Positions 9,525 through 19,202 are shown, counted from the first letter of the stretch. The stretch is DNA of 64,000 bases from Parcubacteria group bacterium (GCA_016186325.1 JACPLW010000002.1:66290-130289); one strand, 5' to 3'. Made by a program: numbers and translations. Notes: generated from the sequence alone by a model not told the origin.

Positions 9525-10598
9525 ATGAAACACGCAACAAACAACATGCAACATAAAACATATAATTTAAAGCAATCGATTATGGCCGTATTTTTATTGT
9601 TTGTTTCATGTTTCATGTTTCGTGTTTCATGGGCATCGGCGCAATTTGAATTGCCAACAATAGGAAGCATTAAACCGGCTATTTCCTTGAGCTCCGACCC
9701 GTTAACACCTCTGCCTAATTCAACAATTACCATCGCCGCAAACCTTTCGGGAGTAACCGGCAGCGGAAGTTCAAACTACACATGGTTTTTAAATGGCGTG
9801 AGGCAAACCGAGCATTCCGGATTAAATAAGAGCAAATTTACTTTCAAAGCTAGCGCCATCGGCATTGTCTATAGAATAAATGTCAATGTTACAATGCCAG
9901 GCGGCGGAGTTCTTTCAGATGCTGCGGTTTTTACCGTCAGCGACGTTGACCTAAGCTGGAATGCATCCAGCGAAGCGCCGGCCGGCTATCGCGGTAAGAC
10001 TCTTCCAACCAAAAAGTCGGCAGTTTTGATATCGGCCCTGCCAACCATATACCAACCGGGAACGAAAGCCTTGATAAGTTCCGGCGGTTTAGTCTTTAAC
10101 TGGTTTATAAATGGTAAACTCCAAGCCGACAAGTCGGGAATCGGGCGATCTGACCTAAATTTTTATGTTGGCAGTTTCTCCGGAGGCAGCGAAGAAATCC
10201 GCTTAGAAGTAAAAACGGGAGATAGCACCGTTTCTCTAAACAAATTCGTTACCGTCCCAATAATGCGGCCTCAAACTTTTATATATGTTGCCGATAATAA
10301 AACGTCCTTGCCTTACGGCAAAGCGTTGAGAGATTTTTTTATAGAGTCAGCCACAGTTAAAGCAATCGACTTCGTGGCAGAAAATTATTTTTTCAACTTT
10401 CCTAAAAACCGGTTAAAATGGAGTTGGCTGGTTGACAGTAGAGAAATAATGGGAGGAGGGGATAAGCCGTGGTCTGCTGTTTTAAATGTTCCGGAGAACA
10501 TCGCCCGACCATTTTCTTTTCAAGTCAGGGCAGTTGCCCAAAATCCGCAGGAAGACTTGGAAATAGCCGAATCAACGGCAAACTTGAAAGTAAGATAG
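9525..10598 (+). CDS. secreted protein with three internal sequence repeats
   Basis: Signal peptide ending WASAQ; three repeats of the type NYTWFLNGVRQ / FNWFINGKLQ / LKWSWLVDSRE; its leader is paralogous to the leader of the next gene. Confidence 0.5.
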   Translation: MKHATNNMQHKTYNLKQSIMAVFLLFVSCFMFRVSWASAQFELPTIGSIKPAISLSSDPLTPLPNSTITIAANLSGVTGSGSSNYTWFLNGVRQTEHSGLNKSKFTFKASAIGIVYRINVNVTMPGGGVLSDAAVFTVSDVDLSWNASSEAPAGYRGKTLPTKKSAVLISALPTIYQPGTKALISSGGLVFNWFINGKLQADKSGIGRSDLNFYVGSFSGGSEEIRLEVKTGDSTVSLNKFVTVPIMRPQTFIYVADNKTSLPYGKALRDFFIESATVKAIDFVAENYFFNFPKNRLKWSWLVDSREIMGGGDKPWSAVLNVPENIARPFSFQVRAVAQNPQEDLEIAESTANLKVR

Positions 10599-10630
10599 GA
10601 TGACGAATCATAAAACGCATAACCTGAAAC

Positions 10631-11059
10631 ATGAACAACAAAACCCACAACCTAAAGTTACCTGCCACGGCTGTATTTTTATTATTTGTTTTATTTTTTG
10701 CGCTTTACACTTCACCGGTTTTGGCCCAATACCGGCTTGAGACCGGGCTTCCCGGCGTACCCGGCGGGAAGTTACCGGCAGGAACCGAACTCCCTTCTTA
10801 TCTTAGATACCTTTTTATCTTTGGGTTGGGGTTTATTACTGTTTTGGCTCTTAGCGTAATGATGTTTGGTGGCATCCAATACATTCTGGCGGCTGGAAAC
10901 GCGGCTAAAACGGAAGAAGCTAAAGCTTGGATTCAACAAGCGCTCTTCGGCCTTGGCCTGCTTTTGGTTTCTTATCTCCTTCTAAGAACCATTAATCCAG
11001 ATTTGGTTAATTTGAGAAACCCTAATCTCGCCCCAACCCAACTTCAAAGTTCACCATAA
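10631..11059 (+). CDS. VirB2/TrbC-like pilin candidate (signal peptide plus two hydrophobic helices)
   Basis: 142 aa; leader VFLLFVLFFALYTSPVLAQ then hydrophobic helix, short loop, second hydrophobic helix, as in T-pilin/TrbC subunits. Confidence 0.45.
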   Translation: MNNKTHNLKLPATAVFLLFVLFFALYTSPVLAQYRLETGLPGVPGGKLPAGTELPSYLRYLFIFGLGFITVLALSVMMFGGIQYILAAGNAAKTEEAKAWIQQALFGLGLLLVSYLLLRTINPDLVNLRNPNLAPTQLQSSP

Positions 11060-11061
11060 AT

Positions 11062-12159
11062 ATGTCCAAAAAAACTCTCTATATAATTTTAATAGTCATT
11101 GGCAGCCTCATTTTAATTGGAGGTTTAATTTGGTACTTTCTATTAAGGCAAACGGAAACATTGCCGCCGGGAACGGACTTTACGGTAAACGGCCAGCCCG
11201 TCACCGGCGAAAGCAAGCTCAAAGCCATAAGCAACGGCCCGGCTGTTGCCGCTAAGTTGAGTGGTGAAATGCTTTTGTTTTATGATTTTTCCGGCCAGCT
11301 GTGGCAGTTGCCAATCGGAACAACTGCGCCGGTCGCCGCCCCGCAGGCGACCATTGGCAATCCGGCAGATGTTGTCTGGTCGCCAGACCTTAAAAACATA
11401 GTTAAATCAGGAATTTGGCAAGCCGATATTAAATACGTTTTTTCCGACTTCACCAAAAAGACCTTGATTAATTTAAAAAGCGGGATTAAATCGCTCTCGT
11501 TTTCGCCCGACGGAGGAAAAATAACTTATTATGTTTTTGAAAACCTTAAAAGCAACAGTTTATTTACTAGCGACCCTGATGGTAAAAATCAAAGAGCGCT
11601 ACTGGTCTCTCTAAAGTTGCGAGACATAGTTTTAGCATGGCCTAAAATCAACCAAATAAGCCTGACCTCAAAACCAAGTGGTTTGATTCCAGGCGGAGTC
11701 TGGACCATTGACACTAGAAATCTCGTGTTTGCCAAAATTATTGGAGATTTTAACGGTTTGGAAATATTGTGGGCGCCAGACGGAAATAGTTTCGTTTATT
11801 CTTTTACCGACCAAAACGGGCGAAATCCCCAGTTGGCGGTACACAGCAAAAAAGGCGAGGAAAAAAACCTAAGCGGCATTTCAACTGTAATTGACAAATG
11901 CGCTTGGGCAAGTGATTCGATAAATGTGTTTTGCGCAGTACCGGAAAACTGGCCGGAAGGAATGGTTTTGCCTGACGATTACTATAAGAGAGTTGATTTA
12001 ACAGTTGATAACATTTGGAAAATTAACACCGAAACCGAAGAAAAAAGGTTGCTGGCTTCGGGTCTGGGAGACATTAAAAACCTCATAATCGATAAGAATG
12101 AAGACAATATGTTCTTCATTCTAAGAAACGACCAGGTTTTATATGAATTAAACTTTTAG
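11062..12159 (+). CDS. membrane-anchored TolB-like (PD40) beta-propeller protein
   Basis: N-terminal TM LYIILIVIGSLILIGGLIWYFLL; repeated SPDG/APDG blades (WSPDLKN, SFSPDGGKITYY, WAPDGNSFVYSF). Confidence 0.55.
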   Translation: MSKKTLYIILIVIGSLILIGGLIWYFLLRQTETLPPGTDFTVNGQPVTGESKLKAISNGPAVAAKLSGEMLLFYDFSGQLWQLPIGTTAPVAAPQATIGNPADVVWSPDLKNIVKSGIWQADIKYVFSDFTKKTLINLKSGIKSLSFSPDGGKITYYVFENLKSNSLFTSDPDGKNQRALLVSLKLRDIVLAWPKINQISLTSKPSGLIPGGVWTIDTRNLVFAKIIGDFNGLEILWAPDGNSFVYSFTDQNGRNPQLAVHSKKGEEKNLSGISTVIDKCAWASDSINVFCAVPENWPEGMVLPDDYYKRVDLTVDNIWKINTETEEKRLLASGLGDIKNLIIDKNEDNMFFILRNDQVLYELNF

Positions 12160-12617
12160 TTAATGTATTTAATCACAACCCGCCTTTCTTCACCTTCTCC
12201 GGCACTCTCCGTTTTTATATCCGGATGTGCAGAGAGTTCGATGTGAATGATTCTTCTGTCATAAGCCGTCATTGGCTCTAAAACCACTTCACGCTTGTAA
12301 AACCTGGCTTTATGAGCAGCTTTTTTAGCCAGCTCTTTAAGCGATCCGTCTCTTAAACTCCGGTAATTATTTACATCAAGGTGAAAGAACGGCGCTCCGT
12401 TTAACTTCTTTTTCAATATAAGCCGTAAAACCGTTTCAAACACACTAATGTTGCGTCCCCGCTCGCCTATATACGAACTTGGATCATCGGTCAAAAAGCA
12501 AATGTTAAGCGATTCTTCACTTCCGGTTTCAATGATTTTTATCTCAAAATTTGAAGCCCCCGTTTTTGCGAAAAACTCATTTGTTACATCTTTAATTTTT
12601 TCCAAGTTTTCGGTCAT
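12156..12617 (-). CDS. jag: Jag/KhpB RNA-binding protein (KH plus R3H domains)
   Basis: R3H signature YDRRIIH near the C-terminus; conserved position downstream of yidC in the rpmH-rnpA-yidC-jag cluster. Confidence 0.8.
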   Translation of the reverse strand: MTENLEKIKDVTNEFFAKTGASNFEIKIIETGSEESLNICFLTDDPSSYIGERGRNISVFETVLRLILKKKLNGAPFFHLDVNNYRSLRDGSLKELAKKAAHKARFYKREVVLEPMTAYDRRIIHIELSAHPDIKTESAGEGEERRVVIKYIN

Positions 12618-13305
12618 TTTTTTGAATGGTATATTGCTGAAGTAAAGTCATAAGGGTAACAACAACCCAATAAAGAGGCAGAGCAGAGGGCAGATTCCAG
12701 AAAATTATTACGCTCAAAATAGGCCCAAAATAAAGCATCTGTTGAGACATCATTCTGCTGAAATCCGCGGTTCCAGCAGACTTGGCGAAGGACGGCATGA
12801 TCATTTTTGTCTGAAAGTACTGCAATGCTCCAGCTATGATTGCTAATAACACGTTTCGCTTTGTTAAATCAAATATTCCGAGAAAGATCGGGCGGATTTC
12901 TTCGGGCGCTCTAATGAAAGAGTACAGTAAGTCTTGGTCTATTCCCGTGCCGTTTAAAAACACTCTCCATAAGGCAATTATGATGGGAATTTGTATTAAT
13001 AGCGGCAAAAAACCGCTAAGAGGATTAATTTTGTTTTCCGAATAAAGAGCCATCAGCGCTCTAGCTTTTGCCTCTTTGTCGTTTTTGAACTTTTTATTGA
13101 CTTCCTCTATCTTGGGTTTCAGTTTTTCTAAAGCTTTTTGGCTCCTGATGCCCTTACCGGTAAGAGGCCAGAGCGCCAACCGAATTAAAACCGTTAAAGC
13201 AACAATAGAAAGACCAAAATCATGATTGGGAATGATATTGTATAAAAAAACTAAAGCATTAAATAACGGCTGATAGAATGTTAAGTTAAAAAGATAGGAT
13301 ATCAT
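12592..13305 (-). CDS. yidC: YidC/Oxa1-family membrane protein insertase (short form)
   Basis: 237 aa polytopic protein with conserved YidC core helices (LIRLALWPLT, GFLPLLIQIPIIIALW); synteny with rnpA. Confidence 0.85.
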   Translation of the reverse strand: MISYLFNLTFYQPLFNALVFLYNIIPNHDFGLSIVALTVLIRLALWPLTGKGIRSQKALEKLKPKIEEVNKKFKNDKEAKARALMALYSENKINPLSGFLPLLIQIPIIIALWRVFLNGTGIDQDLLYSFIRAPEEIRPIFLGIFDLTKRNVLLAIIAGALQYFQTKMIMPSFAKSAGTADFSRMMSQQMLYFGPILSVIIFWNLPSALPLYWVVVTLMTLLQQYTIQKNDRKLGKN

Positions 13306-13630
13306 TTTTTGTGAGTAATTCTCTTAAATTATCTTTAATGCTCCTGTAATCTTTGTTTTTAGCGGGCTCTCTCGGCCATATGATAATATCATATCCTGGT
13401 TTTACCTTTTTAAACAAAAAAAGCGCTGCCGCTCTTAGCTGCCTTTTAATTTGGTTCCTTTTTGACGCTTTTTTATAAAACTTGGTGCTGACAATAAAAC
13501 CGAACCTGCTGAAATTTTTGTAATTTTTCACGAATTTCATCTTTACAAGGCCATTCTCACAAGTTTTTCCTTTAGTAAAAGCGTTTTTGAAGTCGCCGGT
13601 TGCCGTTAGGCGGTTAATTCTAGGAAGCAT
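13286..13630 (-). CDS. rnpA: ribonuclease P protein component
   Basis: 114 aa basic protein starting MLPRINRLTATGDFK; overlaps yidC start; directly downstream of rpmH. Confidence 0.8.
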   Translation of the reverse strand: MLPRINRLTATGDFKNAFTKGKTCENGLVKMKFVKNYKNFSRFGFIVSTKFYKKASKRNQIKRQLRAAALFLFKKVKPGYDIIIWPREPAKNKDYRSIKDNLRELLTKNDILSF

Positions 13631-13658
13631 ATGCTTGCATTTGCAAATGATAATAAAG

Positions 13659-13793
13659 TTAAACAGTTAGCTTATAACGGCCTTTTCGCCTTCTCCTCGA
13701 AATGACCGCGCCTCCGCCTTTACTACCCGCCCTTTTTAAAAATCCGTGCTTGCGTTGTCTTTTTATTTTTTTTGGATTATAGGTTTTACTCAT
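13659..13793 (-). CDS. rpmH: 50S ribosomal protein L34
   Basis: Hand translation of the minus strand gives MSKTYNPKKIKRQRKHGFLKRAGSKGGGAVISRRRRKGRYKLTV; not in the supplied ORF track because it is under 60 aa. Confidence 0.85.
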   Translation of the reverse strand: MSKTYNPKKIKRQRKHGFLKRAGSKGGGAVISRRRRKGRYKLTV

Positions 13794-13889
13794 CCCGTTA
13801 GAAATTTAATTCTAAATAATAATTTTCACTATATCTTAAAACTATAAACAATATATCCTGTTAAATAACTAGTATAGATTTCTAACAGG
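13794..13889. repeat. long-range inverted-repeat pair CCCGTTAGAAAT ... 72 bp AT-rich spacer ... ATTTCTAACAGG (copy a); left arm abuts the rpmH start codon
   Basis: Left arm 13794-13805 lies immediately 5' of the rpmH ATG on the minus strand; right arm 13878-13889 has one substitution that is a G-U wobble only on the minus-strand transcript. Confidence 0.7.
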
Positions 13890-14060
13890 ACTCATACTTT
13901 TATATTTTTATAACACGAAAATTGATATTGCGTCAAACATTTAAATTAATTTATACTTTTCAACAGAGTACTCACAGGTTATTAACTTTTTTACGAATGA
14001 AAGTTTTCTTAAAACCCTTTTACTTAATGATATACTGGAAATGTAGAATTTATAATCAAC

Positions 14061-15440
14061 ATGGATTTCAATGAATTGTGGAAAGCGGTTCTAGGAGATA
14101 TAGAACTGCAAATTTCAAAAGCAAATTTTAAAACTTGGCTACAAAATACCGCTATTGTAGATAAAAAAGACGGTGTTGTTACTATTGCCGTACCTAATGG
14201 CTTTACTAAAGAATGGTTGGAAAACAAGTACAATAAGTCTATCCTAAGGTCTTTGAGAAACATTCAGTCGGACATTAAAGAAGTAACTTATCAAATCAGC
14301 CAAAAACAAACAAAAAACATTGACAATAATCAGAAGCTCTCTAAAGAGGAGGGTGCAATTTCAAAAAAACAGCTCGATTTTGTCGAACTTAACGCGGATA
14401 CAGAGACAAATTTAAATCCCCGATATGCCTTTGAAAATTTCATTGTAGGCCCATCGAATGAGCTGGCTCATGCCGCCGCTATTGCTGTAACTAAAAATTT
14501 AGGGAAAAAATACAATCCACTCTTTATTTACGGAGGAGTGGGCCTGGGTAAAACCCATTTAATTCAATCAATAGGCCAAGCCGTTAAAAAAGAGCACCCA
14601 AATAAGAAGGTGAAATATGTCACTTCCGAAAGGTTCACTTCAGAAGTGGTTTCTACTTTAAGATCCGGAGCATTAAGATCAAACGATATTGATAACTTTA
14701 AAAAAAGATGGCGCGAAATCGATTTGTTAATAATTGATGACATCCAGTTTTTAGCCGGTAAAGAAAGAACTCAAGAAGAATTCTTCCATATTTTTAACGC
14801 TCTCTACGATGTCGGAAAGCAAATAGTACTTTCGTCAGACCGGCCGCCAAAATCAATCCAAAACATGGAAGAGAGGTTGAGATCTCGCTTTGAAGGAGGC
14901 ATGCTTGCCGACATATCATATCCCGACCTCGAAACCAGAATCGCTATTCTAAAAACCAAGGCTCATGAGAAAGGATTTCAAGCTTCGGACGAAGCTTATG
15001 AATTTATAGCTTCTAACATAAAAAAGAATGTAAGAGAACTTGAAGGAGCTTTAAACCGGCTAATAATAAATCGCCGCGACGACCAAAAGGAATTAACAAT
15101 AGTGGAAGTAAAGAAAAGTTTAAATTCAATTATAAATACCCCTAAAAAAATCACTACATTAAAAAACATTATTAAGGCCGTCGCGGAATTTTACGATATT
15201 AGTGAAAAAGACCTTTTAGAACGCTCCAGAAAAAAAGAAATAGTCAAACCTAGACAAATAATAATGTACCTTTTAAGAGAAGAATTAAAAAGTTCTTTCC
15301 CTTTTATCGGGATGAAAATTGGAGGACGGGATCATACTACTGCCATTCATGCGTGTGAAAAAATAAAAAAAGAACTCGATTCTAATCCGACTTTATGTGA
15401 TGAAATTAATGTAATAAGAGAAAAACTTTACCTTGTTTAA
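14061..15440 (+). CDS. dnaA: chromosomal replication initiator DnaA
   Basis: AAA+ Walker A GGVGLGKTHL, box VII and sensor motifs, C-terminal DNA-binding domain; dnaA-dnaN synteny. Confidence 0.95.
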   Translation: MDFNELWKAVLGDIELQISKANFKTWLQNTAIVDKKDGVVTIAVPNGFTKEWLENKYNKSILRSLRNIQSDIKEVTYQISQKQTKNIDNNQKLSKEEGAISKKQLDFVELNADTETNLNPRYAFENFIVGPSNELAHAAAIAVTKNLGKKYNPLFIYGGVGLGKTHLIQSIGQAVKKEHPNKKVKYVTSERFTSEVVSTLRSGALRSNDIDNFKKRWREIDLLIIDDIQFLAGKERTQEEFFHIFNALYDVGKQIVLSSDRPPKSIQNMEERLRSRFEGGMLADISYPDLETRIAILKTKAHEKGFQASDEAYEFIASNIKKNVRELEGALNRLIINRRDDQKELTIVEVKKSLNSIINTPKKITTLKNIIKAVAEFYDISEKDLLERSRKKEIVKPRQIIMYLLREELKSSFPFIGMKIGGRDHTTAIHACEKIKKELDSNPTLCDEINVIREKLYLV

Positions 15441-15696
15441 AATTTTGTGGAAAAACTGGTTACAAACCAATAAATAACTGTGGGTTAATAAGTGATTAAA
15501 AAGTTTATAAATTTAATTTTTAATTTAATACTAAAAACTAGAAACAGAGTATTACCAAGTTATTCACAAAATTATTAACATGATAATAAGAGAAAAAGGG
15601 CTTAAATAACAAATAAATAAAACTTATACACTTAAAAATCACTGTTTAATAATAATAAGTTATAAAAAATAAATAATAGTTAATGATAATATAAAA
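15441..15696. promoter_or_regulatory. putative oriC: AT-rich dnaA-dnaN spacer with DnaA-box-like 9-mers
   Basis: TGTGGAAAA (1 mismatch to TGTGGATAA), TTATTCACA (1 mismatch to TTATCCACA), TGTGGGTTA, TTATACACT, plus a long AT-only tract as a candidate unwinding element. Confidence 0.5.
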
Positions 15697-16824
15697 ATGA
15701 TTGTCACTTGTTTAAGAGAAAATTTAAAAGAAAGTTTGGATAATGCTTTAAGAATTATTAAATATAATTCTACTTTACCGATATTAAATAATATTTTAAT
15801 TACTACTGACAAAGGAAGATTAAGAATCTCTTCAACTGATTTGGAAATAGGTTTTTCTTCTTTAATATCTTCAAAAATTGAAAAAGATGGCAGTATAACA
15901 GTGCCGGCCCAATTATTAAGCCAATTTGTTAATAATTTACCAAATAAACAAATAACTCTTGAGGAAAAAAATTTAAAACTACACTTGAATTGCGATAATA
16001 TTAAAGCGTCTATAAATGGCCTAAATGCCGGTGATTTTCCAATTATTCCAAAATTGAAAAGTTCTTCGGTTTTGAATATAAACTCAAAAATTCTTAAAGA
16101 CGCTTTATCAAGCGTAATTAATTCATCTGCTTTGTCTGATAGCCGTCCGGAAATCTCAAGTATTTATATAAGGATTGAGCCGGATCAAATTAAGTTTATC
16201 GCTACAGATAGTTTCCGTTTGGCGCATAAAACTTTATTTCTGTCGGAAGAAATGAAAAAAAAGGTGAAAATAGACATTTCTAGATTACAGAACATTATTT
16301 TACCTTTACGAACCGCAAGTGAAGTAGTGAGAATATTAGGAGATAATGATAGCGATGTTGAAATTATAATTGATCAGAATCAAATTAAATTTTCTTTTAA
16401 TGACACATTTCTCGTTTCACGATTGGTTGAAGGAAGTTACCCTGATTATGAAGCTATTATTCCAAAATCGTTTGAAACTAAATGTTATTTTTCAAAGAAA
16501 GACTTGGAAGAAGTTGTAAAACTGGCTGGATGTTTTTCTACCCGCCTTAATGATATGATTTTAAAAACAAGTTCCAGTAAATCATATCTTGAGGTTTCTT
16601 CAAACCATGCCGAGTTCGGAAATCATGAAGCGAGAATAAACTCGGAAGTTGAGGGTAAGGATGTTAATATTGTTTTCAACTGGCGTTATGTTTTAGATGG
16701 TTTAAAAAACATGAGCGAAGATGATATTATTTTTGAATTTAATGGCGATCAAAAGCCGGCAATGATTAAGCCTGTAAAAGAAACGGATTTTTTTTACATT
16801 TTAATGCCGATAAAAAACTCATAA
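15697..16824 (+). CDS. dnaN: DNA polymerase III beta sliding clamp
   Basis: 375 aa; typical DnaN N-terminus (LDNALRIIKYNSTLPILNNILI) and three-domain length; follows dnaA. Confidence 0.9.
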   Translation: MIVTCLRENLKESLDNALRIIKYNSTLPILNNILITTDKGRLRISSTDLEIGFSSLISSKIEKDGSITVPAQLLSQFVNNLPNKQITLEEKNLKLHLNCDNIKASINGLNAGDFPIIPKLKSSSVLNINSKILKDALSSVINSSALSDSRPEISSIYIRIEPDQIKFIATDSFRLAHKTLFLSEEMKKKVKIDISRLQNIILPLRTASEVVRILGDNDSDVEIIIDQNQIKFSFNDTFLVSRLVEGSYPDYEAIIPKSFETKCYFSKKDLEEVVKLAGCFSTRLNDMILKTSSSKSYLEVSSNHAEFGNHEARINSEVEGKDVNIVFNWRYVLDGLKNMSEDDIIFEFNGDQKPAMIKPVKETDFFYILMPIKNS

Positions 16825-19083
16825 ATCAGCAGAGCTGTTGTCGTAATCCTTTGGAAGTTGGTTATAAATGCTAGCGTAGTTGTTTTTCAGCCAATTTTGC
16901 AAAGAGTTTTCCCAGTTTTTATATTGAGAATCGTTTTCTATATTAGGATACGTGTTGCCTTGCGGGTCGTTTTTATTCACCCAGTACAAAATTTCATGGA
17001 TTTCGGTAAAACTTCTTTCTTCAATTAAGTTGGCCGGAGTTTTTTCAGTTGCCAAAAGCCCGCTGGTTTTATTCACTTTCAGTTTTGTTGATATTTGGTA
17101 TTGGCCATTTAAGATCGGTTTTTCTGTGATAATAGGATTAGGCTTTGTAAAACTTTCCATTGGCGTGTCTTTTAATGCTTGAACCATAAATTCATTCCAT
17201 ATAGGCCCGGCAGCCATAACACCCGCGCCGCCTTTTTCAATCGGAGTATTATTATTGTTGCCGGCCCAAACTCCGACTGCGAGCGATGGTGTGTATCCTA
17301 CAATCCAAGCGTCTCTTGCTTTTGTTTCTTCCGTGGGATCTTGAGTAGTGCCGGTTTTTGCCGCTACCTTTCGCTCACCGAGCGACAGCGGGCTGTACAA
17401 CCCGAACATCGGTGCCCGGGCGTTATTATCAGAAAGAATATCGTTAATCGTTCTCGCAACCTGTTCATTCATAACTTTTTGGCCATCATTTTTATATTCT
17501 TCGAGTATCCGGCCATTCCCGTCTTCAACCTTGATAATCCCTGTTGGGTTGTGCTTTACGCCTTCTTGACTGAAAACCCCAAAAGCCGAAACCATTTCCA
17601 AGAGCTTGACTTCTGCACTCCCTAAGACCAGAGAGAGGCCGTAGCGAGAGCGGTCTTTCAGAGTGGTTATTCCCATGCTTTCCGCGGTACTTATTGAGTC
17701 ATTCATGCCGGCAAGATAAAGAACTTTAACGGAGGGGAGATTTAAGGAATTGGATAGAGCCTGTTTTAAAGTGACCGGCCCCCTGAATCTACCGTCATAA
17801 TTTTTCGGGTGATAACAGGTTTGCTGATCAATGCCAGGTTCTGCGATTCCATTCCATGAACACAACGGGTTAAACTCGGTGGGAACATCCCAAATCACCG
17901 TATCCGGCGTAAAACCATTATTAATGGCCGTAGCGTAAACAAAAGGCTTGAAAGATGATCCCGGCTGGCGCAAACTTGTTGCTAGATTGACGTTTGGTTC
18001 GAATTGGCAGCTTTTTCCCGGCTCGCAATTTTTTGGTTCCGGCTCTCCCCAGTAGTTTTTTGATCCGACCATTGCAAGAATCTGGCCGGTTTTTGGATCA
18101 ATGGCTACTAGGGCGGCGTTTTTGGTGTTGTAAACTTCATTGCGCTTGGCGCCTTCTTCGACTGCTTTTTCGGCGATTTCTTGAAAACTAAGGTTCAGAG
18201 TGGTGGTTACCTTCAGACCCCCTTTTTCCACGAAGTCTTCGCCGTACTTGTCATTCAAGTATTCTCTTATGAACATTACAAAATGCGGAGCGACAATACT
18301 GGTTTTTTGGGCAACAAAGTTAACGGTCGTCTTTTTTGCTTTTTCGAAATCTTCATCGGAAACGTGTTTCAAATCTTGCATCCGGCTTAAAATGTAGTTT
18401 GCCCGCGACTTCAGTTCGTTGGCATGTGTTCCATATGGCGAATAATAAGATGGAGCTTTGGGAAGGGCGGTTAAGTAAGCGGCCTCCGCCAAGTTGAGTT
18501 CTTTGGCCGGTTTATTAAAGTAAGTCAATGAAGCAGCTTCAATACCATAAGCGTTTGAACCATAAGGAATTTGATTCAAATAAAAATCAAGTATTTCATT
18601 TTTAGAATATTTTCTTTCCAATGCTACCGCTAAAATGATTTCCTTTATTTTTCGACTGAAGGTGCGCTCGGAAGTAAGGTAAGTGTTTTTGATAAGTTGT
18701 TGAGTAATGCTCGAACCGCCTTCGGTTATTTTATTGCCTTTTATGTCGGCGAGCACCGCTCGAAAAATGCCGCGAAAATTGATGCCTGAATGCTTGTAAA
18801 AATCAGTGTCTTCGGCCGCTATGGTGGCATCTTTTACAATTTGCGGAATTTGATCAAAAGGAATGACGGTACGCTTCTCTTCTCCGTGAATCTCATAAAG
18901 AAGAACCTTATTTTCGTGATCGTATATTTTAGTTGATTGAACAATTCTTCTATTCTGCCAAGCATTGGGATCGGGAAGAAAGCGGCTGTAATAGAAAAAA
19001 ACTGAAATAAACAAAACAATCGCTACGAAAAGCGAGATGATGCTCCAAAAGACAATGTGAGAGAGTATTTTTCGCTTACCCAT
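16819..19083 (-). CDS. mrcA: class A penicillin-binding protein 1A (glycosyltransferase plus transpeptidase)
   Basis: GT51 motifs EDTDFYKHSGINFRG and GGSSITQQLIKN; transpeptidase SSFKPF; N-terminal TM anchor. Confidence 0.9.
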   Translation of the reverse strand: MGKRKILSHIVFWSIISLFVAIVLFISVFFYYSRFLPDPNAWQNRRIVQSTKIYDHENKVLLYEIHGEEKRTVIPFDQIPQIVKDATIAAEDTDFYKHSGINFRGIFRAVLADIKGNKITEGGSSITQQLIKNTYLTSERTFSRKIKEIILAVALERKYSKNEILDFYLNQIPYGSNAYGIEAASLTYFNKPAKELNLAEAAYLTALPKAPSYYSPYGTHANELKSRANYILSRMQDLKHVSDEDFEKAKKTTVNFVAQKTSIVAPHFVMFIREYLNDKYGEDFVEKGGLKVTTTLNLSFQEIAEKAVEEGAKRNEVYNTKNAALVAIDPKTGQILAMVGSKNYWGEPEPKNCEPGKSCQFEPNVNLATSLRQPGSSFKPFVYATAINNGFTPDTVIWDVPTEFNPLCSWNGIAEPGIDQQTCYHPKNYDGRFRGPVTLKQALSNSLNLPSVKVLYLAGMNDSISTAESMGITTLKDRSRYGLSLVLGSAEVKLLEMVSAFGVFSQEGVKHNPTGIIKVEDGNGRILEEYKNDGQKVMNEQVARTINDILSDNNARAPMFGLYSPLSLGERKVAAKTGTTQDPTEETKARDAWIVGYTPSLAVGVWAGNNNNTPIEKGGAGVMAAGPIWNEFMVQALKDTPMESFTKPNPIITEKPILNGQYQISTKLKVNKTSGLLATEKTPANLIEERSFTEIHEILYWVNKNDPQGNTYPNIENDSQYKNWENSLQNWLKNNYASIYNQLPKDYDNSSADL

Positions 19084-19202
19084 TTATTTTAATATTTATA
19101 CAACACAAACCTCAAAAAATCAACCTCGATTTAGCCTTACCTCATATTTATGTATAAGTATGGGGTTCACAAATTAGCCATCATCTGATATGTTAAATTG
19201 AT

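Noticed and set aside
9596-9625. Possible CRISPR or other array signal from tandem short repeats (TGTTTCA x4 here; AGAAATT x4 at 49206-49248)
   Set aside because: Heptamer microsatellite-like tandems without spacers or cas genes; no CRISPR array anywhere in the window
16952-18397. Several 65-148-aa plus-strand ORFs
   Set aside because: All lie antisense within the PBP1A gene, which has unambiguous GT51/transpeptidase motifs
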